Positions 13,151 to 27,000 of a stretch of DNA of 64,000 nucleotides are shown here, in pieces. The translations under genes were made by a program, and so were the position numbers. The stretch lies in NCBI GenBank assembly GCA_051294905.1, contig CM119372.1, positions 12,402,001 through 12,466,000 on the forward strand, read 5' to 3'. Origin of the DNA: Botryllus schlosseri (taxonomy: Eukaryota). Within the stretch, counting starts at the first letter, position 1, and the number at the start of each line of letters is the position of its first letter. The notes below the pieces were generated by a model. The model made no database searches and had not been told where the DNA came from. It saw only the letters and a list, made by a program, of their open reading frames with translations.

Positions 13151-13273
13151 TAAATAAAATTATTACGTTGCAAGTGGACGCTAAATAGGGTGTGAAAGCA
13201 ACCAAGATCTTCATATCATCTACATCGTCTGCTATCGGTTGAAAGAATTATTTATATCGGCTAATCCTCCCTC

Positions 13274-13566
13274 GAACAGTTGGTTTGTGGTACAGAACTT
13301 GAAGATAGCTTTCAATACAACATCCATTGTAGTAAAATGCTATGTTACTAGTATCGTACTCTTCAAGTTTGTTATTGTTGCCATCGTTACATTGCGGACT
13401 TCATGGTATGCAATTTCTGATTGTTGCGTCATACTTCGCCTTTTTGGTTTTGCTTTTCATTCTGTTTAAATCCCTTTAGTGTGCCGTTAACTCTTCAAAA
13501 GAGGCACCCGAAAAGTCTTCGAGTTGAATAAATATTTTACTACAATGGATGTTGTATTGAAAGCTA
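13274..13566 (+). mobile_element. Probable solo Penelope-type pLTR with inverted tail
   Basis: 33-bp perfect inverted repeat (13306-13338 / 13534-13566), degenerate hammerhead-like motif 13489-13525 followed by AATAAA, flanked by the 12-bp direct repeat TAATCCTCCCTC. Confidence 0.5.
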
Positions 13567-14109
13567 TAATCCTCCCTCAATGGAATTCCGTTAACATCGC
13601 CGAAGCCGATATTTTGACACTGAAATCAATTTTAGCTTTTCAAAATACATTACTTTAGCGTTCGTCCGAAATCTATAATCAGATCGCAGTGCATGTCGGT
13701 GACCCCTGAGATAAAACCAATACATTAAACTTTTCTCGAATCAAACCAAAGCTTTCTCGAAAGTGAGTACGAAGGGGATAAAAACCAATGCGGTAAGGTG
13801 TAACGTACCCAGTGGTTGTGGTTGTTGTTGTTGTTGTTGTTTGATATCCATTGTGTTTCGACTAGATTGATCATTTCATAGGACTACATCGTCATGCAGC
13901 ATTTTTACGGTCGACGGTTATATCATCATCAGAACATCCGCTTGGCTCAAGTGATACATAACTATGTGTTGTAATCAATAAGACAATAGGATATTCTCAC
14001 AAGTCGTCCTATTACGGGAAATTTATTTTGTAACTATGAATTTTTGATGCTCTTTTTTTCGGCGGGTATTTCTATAACCTCGGTGACGATACACTCTTAG
14101 TCTATATAT

Positions 14110-14390
14110 CAGTGGTTCTTACCTTTACCAAACCGCGGAACATTTACGGTAATTTGCAAGCCTTCGCGGAACCCCAATTTTTCGCTGAGCCATAAAATAA
14201 AATCCAACATAATACACATCTAACCCATTACAATAGATTACTGGTGCATGAATTGAACTATACATCAGCAAATGTTACAAAAAAAAAAAAATTGTGATGA
14301 GGAATGGTTATTGCAAATCAGTCTGACTTCGGCTGTTCCCAAATTCAGATAACAGTTCAAAAATGTGAGGCTTCACCTTGGACAGTGTTA
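14110..14390 (-). mobile_element. Charlie/Buster-type hAT right-end fragment
   Basis: CAGTGGTTCTT terminus. Minus strand reads LSKVKPHIFELLSE, like Charlie transposase C-termini. A possible other end lies at ~15830-15898, but no matching TSD. Confidence 0.5.
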
Positions 14391-14447
14391 TCGTATTGTT
14401 CGGTCGAAACGCAACAGCGCGTAATGTCAATTGCCTAATTACGAATT

Positions 14448-15618
<1,171 letters not shown>

Positions 15619-18600
15619 CAAATGACCATATTAGAGATATAATTGGCATTTATGAAGGACAGGGTTTCGATATTGAACCTGAACCTCCCCTGTGTAGGAA
15701 CTGTACGTGCCATACCGCCACAACAGTCACAATTCGACTATTGATCGGGCCTAATTGCCTGCAACCGACGATGGTTGAGACGGCGTGCAATCACAAATCA
15801 AATGTATGAGTTGAGTGAGTGTCTTGAACTTCAGGGAACCCCTGAGACTGGCGCGGGGTACACCTGGTGTTCCAAGGAATACCGGTTAACAACCACTGGT
15901 TTATGAAGACAGATCCAGATATGAAATTGCTGAACATGACGACGATGTCGAGGGTTGCCATCATTCCATTATACGCCGACTTTTGCAAGTTGTCCACAGG
16001 TTCATATACTACATGTTTTTTTGAGAGTGTGGACAATCATGGCATAATCATACAACTTTTCAAAAATAATATAAATTCTTTATTGGCATTTGTGCAAAAC
16101 ACTGCGCTTTAGAAAAAAAACTCTCCTGTCTTAAATGCAACCCTGCTCACAATCCACCTTCTTGTAAAACTTGTCCAATGTGTAGGCTATATAATGCAAA
16201 TTAGTATATGTTCCGCATTATAAAACGCCTCATCGGCAATTGCAAGGAGTGTTTGTTTCCCACTTTGGAAACGAGCCAGAAATAATGGCCCTCGCACAGC
16301 CTATTTTTAATAATAATTCACGACAAATTGTTATTTGCTGTTAGTATTACCACCTTCCAAGTCAAGCAGCTTCTAATTCAGTGGCGGTTTTCAAACTAAA
16401 GTCCGCGAAGAAAAATAATGCGCCCATGAAGAATTTCGAAATTAAAAATGCGTGCGTCTCAAAAACGGAGTGTTCTCTTTGACTGGCAGTGGGTGATTCG
16501 AATATCATTTGAGTAGCGACAATCATTATCTGACTTTAAGTAATAACAACATGCTTCATTGCATCGCAGTCTTGCGGTGTTTTGAATTGATGAAAATTCT
16601 TAATAAACTGAACTTCAACAAAGTAAATAGTAACAATGGCCTGAAGCTAACTCGCGAGAACTTCACGAATAGTCACCGTGTGGTACGAACATATGCCTTA
16701 AGATGTAAAATTATTTGTCCTAAATTTACATACATCACATCTATCCGCACTAAATCCGACTACGACCAATATCTTACGAGTGACGACAATCATTACCTTT
16801 GAGGTTGCGAAATAACAACATTTCCAACATGCTCCACAATGAATAAACAATGATCCCGTTGGAAGGTAATCCACGGGAACCCCATCCATAGTCTTATTTC
16901 TGTGTCGTGAACAGCGGATAAATGTATAATTCCGTGCCCTTTATTTTGGAAGACATGGCATGCATAGCTCTATACTTGTAATTCTGATCACATGGGCCGA
17001 GAGAGGATCACAAATTTATAGTAATTAGAATTACACTCAAGTACCATTATTATAGAAAAAATTACTTAATTTAACAATTCTTCCGGTATAGAATCTTGAA
17101 AATAGAGATAATAAAAATAATGATCCTTTCACCAATTCAATGACCTCGAAGTGACAAACTATAGAAATTAAACATGGAACGGCAACGACCGATTTTGCAG
17201 CTTCGTTCCGCTTCGCCGAGGCTGGAGTGGGGAATTGTTTTGCGTAAGCGACTGTGGGATTTCTGGCAATCCAAAACATATCTTCCCGAGCGCAGAAATT
17301 ATTGAATCTGGTCTTGATCGAAAGCTACTGTTGCACCGATTCCGAAAATATAAATTAAAATAGTGATCAGGCACTGATCCACCTAGAATCCGTCCTCCAA
17401 TCTGAAATATCGGCATTGTTCGAACAATCGGAGAGTCGCAACGGGTCATTGTTATGGCCATTGTGTTGCGGTTACCCGGTTGTTCTGAACAATGCCGATA
17501 TTTCAGATACTTCAGATATTTCAGATAATCAAGTAGAAGTAGGAGTGGTGGTTCACAAGTAAGTAAGTAAGTAGGTATTCTACGCCTATTTTTGTCTACA
17601 AAACTGAAAACTGTCAAGTAGAAGTAGAAGTAATCTAAAATCATAACTACTTAAAAAGTAGTGTGAGTAGGCAAAATCTACTTCAAGTACTTCAAAAAGT
17701 AGAAGTACTTCGTTACTGACCACCTCTGTTTTAGACTACTTCCACTTCTCACTTGAACAGTTTAAGGCAAAAGTACTCACTTTTCCCATTTGGATTTTTA
17801 AAATAAGAAATTCATTTTGAAATAAATTTGCATTACTTTTAGCAGTGATATTTCATGTGAAATATGAAATAGGTCATATTCGGTATATTTGTAATGTCGT
17901 GAGTGGTTTTGCGTTAGTCGCGATTGCGAAAGTATAGCCATTTACTATTACCTGTTAAAAATTTATACAACCCTCGACCAAACCTACTTTTGAAACTGCT
18001 TACTTGAGAGTATTTTCCAGACCCCTAATTTTATACTTCCACTTAAAATGGTTTTGACATGTATTGGAAATTGCAGCTTCTACTTGAGTTGAAATTTACG
18101 GCGTTACTGCTACCTGAGTAGATGAATACTTTTACCACCTCTGAGTAATTGCCTTGTACCGCGTTGACAGTTTTTAGTGGGAAATGGGAACAATTCTTTC
18201 TCGGTCGAATTTGGCAGAATTTTGGCCAGGAATTTTTTTTACATCGTCATGTTTAATTTCCCTACGATACTTATCATGCGTGTGGTGCGCAGATCGCACC
18301 ATGCACTCGCATTTTTCGATCCTTTCTGTAGGTCTGGCGAGTCAGTTAACGCGTACTCAGCTTACGCCGCCGGTCAGGTCATGGTCAATGGTCATGAACA
18401 TATGCAGCCCGACTTGAACTGTCAAAGAATATACTGGATATTCATTCTGTGCAGTGCATGTCAGTTTATTAATCTGCGAACCATGCACGTATAAGCATCG
18501 GCATATTTCAGTCGTAAAATATAGTTGCATTCCTATCTGAAATTTTGATCTCCTCATATAAGGCAAATTATCGATATAATGACAAGTGAGGTGACTTTTA

Positions 18601-21000
18601 TATGCGGAGTTCGAAGTATAATAGAGAAAAGGTTTCAATGAAGATTCATACTGTATACCCCATTCACTTCGGTAAGCTTCATATGCAGCCTGTGAACAGG
18701 AAGTCACATTTGCTAGTTGATAATAGTGCGTGGAGAATACTCGTATATAGTATACCAGTTGACTGCTGCGATATATGCGAATATGTAAAAACAGATATCG
18801 ATCAAATGTGACTCTAAAATCATACTATTGCTTCTTGGTTTCAAAACACCACAATGACGAGATCAAGAGATTGATTTCCCCAAGTTCATATTATTGACAT
18901 ATCACCCGGCTATTAACTTACAGCCATGGTGCAGTATAAACATTTATTATTCGGTCATAGGCCTACCACTGCATGCCAACTGAGCGCAAGAATGCAGACA
19001 AAAGATACATAACAAGAGCGCGCCTTCATGGAAATGTGGAGCATGCGACCGCACTATGTATAAAAAATCGTTATGTTGTAGGAAGACAGAATTAGGCAGG
19101 TAATTAAATCGTGATGATGATACAGGAGTTTATAACCGAATACCCGACTGCATGGCAATTGTCGTGGCGCCGCTCTTCTTCTCTAACACGCCGACTGAGC
19201 GCTAGTGCATTTATACGTGACCGTCAATTATATCTATTATGTTATAATTACCACGATATCGTTATCATACAGATTTGTGAAATAGGTCAATAAATAAATA
19301 TCGGTCATTCCTTCGATCACTACGAAACGTCCGTAGCCTACTGTATAGGCCATGTAGCTATGCGTTCGTTTGACTTTGACATCATCAGCCATCAACGTGA
19401 TAGACTGTTATCGATAGTTTTTCATGTTAATGATATGCGATGTTTTCATTCTATGGACTGCATGCAAGTCAACTGTGTGCGATGATTTTCTGATCATCAA
19501 CCTGAACCGCCATATATTACCTTCCACGCGATGTTCCATATTGGATTATTAGTTGACTGACTGAACTTCATGAATACGGTTGGACAAATCAATAAATATC
19601 TCTCTCTCTCTCTATGACGTGTTGTTTACGTTTCGTGATAAACAAAGGTCTAATTACTTACATATTTAGATTTGGTAGCTAAAGTTATTTCTGTGGATAC
19701 TGACCATCACCGTCACGAAATACTTGGATTGAATATTGGTCAATTCGCAAACACCATTTATGTTCATTGTTCAATGTTCATATGGCAGTCTTGCCCATGC
19801 CCAGTTGTCCATGGTTCATCAAGGCTCTCACTTTTGGATTCTACATTACGATTGATTGGTGGCGCACTATAACTAATCGGACCGTAGTTCATGTTTATTC
19901 ATGTGTTGTAAGATTTGCCAGTGATTTCTCTTAATAATGTAAAACTCTGTGTGATGAATGAAAGTTGTTGTAAATATAAAAATGAAAACGGAAATAGGTA
20001 TGAGCGATTATTTGGTTCGTCTTGTCATGAATTTGCTCGAGACACGTAATATTGGAGTCGCTTACAAATCACAGAAATCAACAAACGTTCTGCGTCGGTG
20101 ATATCGGGCTATAATGGTCTTACCTGTGATTTATTGAGACGACTGTGAAGTGTTCAACACAATGATAATGCGTTATCCATGGCCATGGCCATGGAGGGTA
20201 TATAAGCATTTAATAAATGTTTGTTGTTGCTTTGAAGTAAGCGTAACTGCTCCGATCCTGTTGAGTTATGCAGTCGGTGCATGGCATTTTGATTGTATAC
20301 TTTTGCATGTGATAATACTGCGAATCATGCGGCAAAAAAATAGAGAAATACATCGCGAAGGTGGATATGCTACACTAATTTAACATTTGAGTTTCTGGTA
20401 ATCAATATCAACACGCAGCGTCTGGATATTGAGGGCTCACTCGCATCAGGGGTATTGCGACAGCTTTTGTGCAATAAGATACTGATGTGCAGAAATAATA
20501 TTACACTTCCCGAAAACACATACCAATGATTTAATCGCCTGTATGGCAACCACATTAGCAAGAGGCATGCTATATCATCTTGCTTTCATTTAATGCTCAT
20601 TACTTACTTCACATTTCACCCACAGAAGCGCAAGCAACAAAGCCGAGAAAAAATATGCGCCGAGGCGCATTTTACGTATTCCTAACATAAATATTCTTGC
20701 GCCGAATTAGATATTGCTTGGAATTTGTATTATATTGTCGAAAGACAACGGAAATAGCATTGAAATTATGAAAATTTGATATAATTCATATATTTACATG
20801 CGAATAATGTTGAAGTATTGAGATTTCTATTTTTATAGATCCATGACGTAGAGCGGATGAATACATTCGATTCTCACACTTCTCTCACTCTGTTGCGTTT
20901 CTGATTAAGGAGAGAGAAAGAGCGGTAAACCTGAAGCGTGTGATGAAGTCGCTGGCTAGTTTTATATTTGCGCTGTTTCTTTAGCGGCTATACGGAGAGC

Positions 21001-24000
21001 ATGGATCTGAAACGTGTTCAAGAAGAACTTAGAAGAGATATTTTGCATCACCAGGTGATAAGATTGCTTATATATTTGTAAAATTTAACATTCAGTGTTT
21101 GATTTTATCTTTATAATATGTTAGTTACTCGTCAGTAATTTCGTCCTGTTTGACGACTTACTAGATTTGTTACTTCGTTTTGCTTGAATAATTTTGGCCG
21201 CTAGATGACGACACAATGCTTCATCATCAACAATGCTCATCGGATTGTAACAACATTATAGATACGGAAGCCGTGGATATTGCAAATACATACATACATA
21301 CAAAGAAATCATGATAGAAACCAGTCTGACTGATTCGGATGTTCAAATTGTTGTATGTAGACTTTGTAAACACTGACTTAACCGACTTGATATTGGTAAT
21401 CCGGTCGACGTAATATTTCTATCCGGGAAAATCTAAATTCGCTTTTCAGAAGGTCCTGTCGAGTTAACACCATAAAATGCACGAGAGTTTTTAAGATTTG
21501 AAAAAAAGTTTCTATTTTCTCGATATTACTCAGTTCTTGCAGTATCATTGTGGGTGATAATTTGCTTACAGGAGCTGAACGCTCTATATCTCCGGTATTT
21601 CAACCAGATTTATGTGTTTTTGCGAATGTCGTTGGAAATTGGAGATATTTCGCACAAGAATGGTTGAGCTTATATGGTAATGGTAACATATCAACTTGAA
21701 ACTATTTTATGTAAGTAATTGCGACTGAATGACTGACTTATGGTTCAAATGTGCGCGCCGTGTTTTGGTTTCACCTAAGGGGTTTCCCCCAACGCTTGTT
21801 CTGGATTCTGGTCTTATTCTATAATATTATAGATAGATAGCCTCGGTTGGTCCTAACCAGCCTAACCTCAGTACCTGACTATCCGAAACTGGCTTCCTGG
21901 CTATACTTTATACAGTATACATATCCATAAAATGAGAGTTCACTGCGGCTTTTGGGGAAAGCAAATAAATGGACGATTATTGTGGTTCCTATCCATTGTT
22001 CATTGCTGCTTGTTATCCCTACTTTGTACACTCTTATATGCATGTTTTACCATTGACAGGCATTGATGGAGCGACTGAAGACACATCCCACTGTAAGTTT
22101 TTGTGTTTTGGCATATCAGTCTTGAATGAAGTAAATCACGTCTATAATGCTGTCCCCAACCTTTGCATGTCGTTTACTCTGGTTATGGTCCAGACTGGAA
22201 TCGGTGGTTGTTTTGGACAACATATTGTGCGTGACAGACGGATTTCTCGCGTGATTGGAAAATTTCATCCGTGTGACTGAAACATTTCTCGCTCTGATTC
22301 GATACTGAATTACTTATCAAACAACACAATGTGCTAAAATAGACCTGATATACGCCGGACTAGGGTTACGGCGTATATTCGCTGTCGCGCAAATGCCACG
22401 CTTGCTTGCGTTCATTGTAAAGCGCAAGCGTCTTATGCTGGTTCCGGACTTTGGTATCGCTTTGTGACGTCAGCGCAAATAATTAATCGGCGTGATCAGA
22501 TGTAAATGCTCGCGTGACGTTGCGCTTACCGTTGCCACCGATTCCACTCTGGGTTATGGTATGGGTTGCCTGTCTGAGTCAGTAACCGGTGACTGTTTGC
22601 ACCCCCAAAAACAATTTTTTTATAATGTGGGCAGAAAACTTGAAGGGGACTCAAAATTATTTTGTAAATCAGCATAAAGTGGACTCTTTATTTAGAGGGC
22701 GATTTATTTTCTCTGTAATTTTTGATTTTATTGGTCCCGGCCCATATCGCCACGCAAAGAATATAAGAATGCACATAATCTACAGAAATGAGTCTAACTG
22801 TATTCACAATGTTGTGGTTTATTCTTAGTATTCAGGCCTTTAGGGCGCTTCATCAGTTCAACTGCGGGTGTGGGACTTATAGGTATCAGCATTTCGGCGC
22901 AGAACATTTCAATGCCAGGATTCACACACATGAAGTTCCGGCCAACGTGCGAATACGCAAAGTGTACTGCAAATAATTTCGACTATGGTTAATCCTTGAC
23001 CCAACAAGTCTGCCGCATATTGGCCCAAACATTCGATATTTATATGTCTAGGTGCCGAAATGGCCAACACTGAATCGTCCTGTCCGTGAAATGGGAAATC
23101 TGGTCCCCACGAAGAAAAAAAATGCGTCACATGAAGAAATGTGAATTTGAAATCGTGTGCATCTCACGAAAGTAGTTTTTACTTTAGTTTGGTGTGGTAC
23201 ATGGATACGATTCCAATATCTTTTTTGTAGCGGCCATCTTTTACCGAGGTTGCAATATAACAACATGCTTCAATTAATAACAATGAGCACGCCCACAGCT
23301 AACCCAAGAGGGCCTCGTGAACATAAGTCTTAATTATGTGGCTCTCCTCTTTTGTTCCACCCCACACTTCCTTCACCTCTTGCCGCAGAAAGTACACTCT
23401 AGAAACTCCTGTGAAACAGCTGTTAGGTGGTCCAACTCTAATTGCCAATATGGTTTGTAACAGGGTTGTAACCAAGTCACAAGGTTTCGAGTCAAAAGTC
23501 AATCTCACTTTTATAGTTTTGACTCGAGTCATTATCAATTCACCACCGAGTCAATTACGAGTCCAAGTCAGTGAGTAGAGGGTCGAGTCCGAGTCATAGC
23601 GTTGTGACTCGAGTCCAAGTTATTGTGTTCACTGTTCAGTTTCGACTTCAATCTGGTTCACCCCAATTTTTTCAACTCTTCCCGAGTGACATAGAATGAC
23701 TCGCATTCATGATATCGGAATTTTCCTCAGTACTAATAGTTTCTTGCCCTATTTTCCAAGTATTCGGACTGATAGACGAAATACCAATAATGTGGTGACT
23801 TCAAATTCTTCGAAGTTATAATGATATGTCTGTCTTGGCCGTCCTAGTGTCGAGCCATATGACTTGGTTCGAGTCATGCACAATGACTTGAGTACAAGTC
23901 GAGTCAATGCACAAATTGAATCGAGTCGTTGCAACCCTGGTGTGTAACCTATCTGAGATAGAAAGTGCATATAATTTGTTTTTGGGCATCCGCAATAATT

Positions 24001-27000
24001 GTATGTTTTGAGTGTCTCACGTTTTCTCCAAAAGGATCATGCTCTCAATTTGAAACTGAAAAACGTTCAACTTCACATCGCCGATTTGGGATCGCAGCAG
24101 AAAAAAATTCTAGAAACGCCCGGTGAAGTCTCCAAGGGTATTTGAAATGACTTTGACTCGAATAAAATATCCTGATTGACGGCGATTGGGATCTTTCAGG
24201 GAACATTGACGTTTCGCCGGGAACGGCTGTGTTGCAGCAAAAGGCATTATCGCCGAGTACTTATCTTACACAGCAATATCAAGTAAAAAATGTACAGCAA
24301 AGTGACCAAGGTCGGTACTCTGCCTGGTCTGATCGTAAATACTAATCCGGTCGATGTGTGGTTTTAGAGTCGCTTACGTCTGCGCAGCAGTCCATACAAT
24401 CAGCAAAGCCACCGGATTCAAATTCTGGTTACGCGTTGATCACGCTTAAAAGTCCGACTTCATCATCACACTTTACACAAATGCACGCCACTGCGTCAAC
24501 TAGCAATGTAGCTATGAATTTGACAAGTCAGGCGGCTTCAAATGGAGGTTTGAATTCTGGTGTTCTTACTGTGCAACCGCATTGATTTTTCAATATTGTT
24601 TTTTATATACTAGGCAGCGCATTTCTGCCATCGTCTGCATTGCTCATGGTCACAGCGCCGAATCAGTCATCATCTAACAAGCGACACATGGTCGGGTCTA
24701 CTTTGTCTAGCAAGTCTGTGTCCATACCCGTTTCCTTGGCGTCATTGGCTTCAAACGGTGGCGTGGTGACTTTGGCCGGAACTTGGAAAAATAACAAGAA
24801 TCCGTCATTCGCCAGCAATGCGACTGACAGGGGCATGTTTGTGCAAGCCAAACAAGTTCAGATCAAGGTTGTTAGGATGATTGTTGTGCCTGCGCTTGTA
24901 TGCGATTTTTATCCCTGTTGCAGGTGCCAGTGGTTCAAAGTCCAAGATCGAAGCCATTAATATTGATGTCTCAAAAAAAACAGTCCGCAAATGCCAAATC
25001 ACTGTTTAGGTAACTGAGTAGTAGTTCTTTCTTCATTCTTTCTGTAGTAGATACATCTATTCTGTATGTGTAAATTTATTTGTGAAATTCCATGCCTCGC
25101 CGTCGGAGCTGGTCAAAGTGGTTAGTGTTGCTACACAAGTAGAGGTCGTAATGTCACAATTTTTAATAAATTTCATGTAAAGTACTAATGTACAAGACAT
25201 CAAAACTACTTCAAGTAAATGTAAAGAGTGAATACGTGAAAACTGTGACAACGCTACAAATAGGTGCAACTTTCTAAAACATATTCAGTTATTGTGATGC
25301 TATTTCATTCAGTTCTTATGACAAGTTCATTAGTAAAATGATGACAACTCGACCCAAAACTACATTCTACTTTGCAAAATCCAAAGTGGCAAAAAGTAAG
25401 CAGTCAGAAATTCATATAGCCACCGGAGTAAGTAGTGCAATTAGGCAAAATCTACTTGATACTTCAAAAAATGTAAAAGGATATCGTAACTGTCCACCCC
25501 TGCTCGCCGCTTTGTGTTAGTCATCCTGTAGCCTATTAGTAATAGATTAACCTAGTAAGTTGGTTGTTTTGCAATATACCCTACAGAACTATCACAAAAG
25601 AAAAATTGCATTTTTCCAGACTTCTTCCAAAAGCTACTCACTCCTTGTCGGTCACTACCTCAGCACCAATGGCTTCCGGGACCAGCGCTCAAGCTGTGAT
25701 ACCTCCGGCGACTGTGAAAAGTGAGGGCGTCACTTCAAACCAATTATCAGCCATTCACATGCCGAGTGAGACTGGTTCGAATCCGCAGTCCGTGCAACAC
25801 TTGTTTCTTCAAAGAACCAATCCGAGCTCGTCAGCGCAACGTGAGCTCTTCCTATTTGTATGTTTTTGCCCTTATTCTGGTACTGGGGACAAGTCCACTC
25901 GCTACCATCGAGTCGCAAGTCACGTCTAGTCGTTGCACGTTTTGACTCGAGTCAAGTCCCTAGATTAATATTGGAGGTGATAAGTCAAGTTGAATTTTTA
26001 AAGTGCGAGGCATGATTCAAGGTCTTGAATTTTGCAAGGTAATTGAAGTACAGATTGAGTCGCTATTTATTCCGAATAGAGTAATGAATATAGGCGTTTA
26101 TCGCTCATGCATACGTACAACTGCTAATCTACGTAGGATAGAATAGAGCAGTGGTTACCAACTTTTTTCTACTCGTCGCTCCCCCATGTTTTCGGATCCT
26201 AGAAAGAGGACGTGTAAACGGGATCTCAGGACACGAGAGCAGCTAGTGGAGAGTTGGCTTCTTTTTCTTTTTAGTGAACTTTCGCGGCAATTCCAGAATA
26301 ACCTGTTTTTCATGTGTATTGTGTGCCAGGTATCCGTTGCCGAGTAATTCATTATATCTGACTGAACGCTCCAACATTTTCGCCCCCTCCATACGTTTTC
26401 GCCCTCCAATCACCTCCTTTGTTATTTTTGCCCCCCTTTCCCTCTGGAATCATTAGGAACCACTGGAATACAGGATATAATACAGAACCCTAGAAAGTTG
26501 AAACAAATAGTTATGACTAGGGCGGTTTTTTTTTGACATGTCAAAATTTGTCAAAATTTTGTCAAAATTGTAGCGTTAGGTCAAAATTTGTCAAAATTTT
26601 TCATAAAATTAAAAAAAAATTTGACGTCTGCATTTTGTTTGTATCGTAGATTTAGCACTGTCGGTGAACTTATAATTTGATATTTTACCGCTTTTAGCCT
26701 ATTTTATAGGCCTACCGTTGTAAACGGCTAATCGTCTGCTCATTGTGAATCATAAACGGTAAAAAAAACAAATAATAGGTAGACATGGTGTTATGGTCAA
26801 TGTACCGCAATATCCTAACTGAAGAAAGACTTCTTTTGCATTGCATCATTCTTATATTAAGAAGCGCATGATGAAAAATTGTGATGTAGACAACATTGTC
26901 AGAATGAAGCAACACGGTGTGTTACCAGCACCAGCAGTGTACGCACAACTTGAGTGTTGTCGGCCAACAACTGCTGCTGTTGAACGTCCTTGACAAGGTT

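Larger units (their letters stand above)
10720..13235 (+). mobile_element. Decayed Penelope-like retroelement (RT + GIY-YIG endonuclease + pseudo-LTR)
   Basis: Frameshifted RT motifs MGTKFAPQYANMFM, RYIDDIFIIW, PFLD, YRKPTD, HSSHPMHCK; GIY-YIG segment IIYLIRC...WYIGETGQPLHGR..GHR; hammerhead motif and AATAAA in the 3' part. Confidence 0.92.

Noticed and set aside
15660..15725. Second tRNA-SINE head on the minus strand
   Set aside because: A and B boxes are degenerate and no body or tail could be traced.
25774..25784. GGTTCGAATCC B box suggesting a tRNA gene
   Set aside because: Lies within a PHF21A coding exon, with no A box or cloverleaf.
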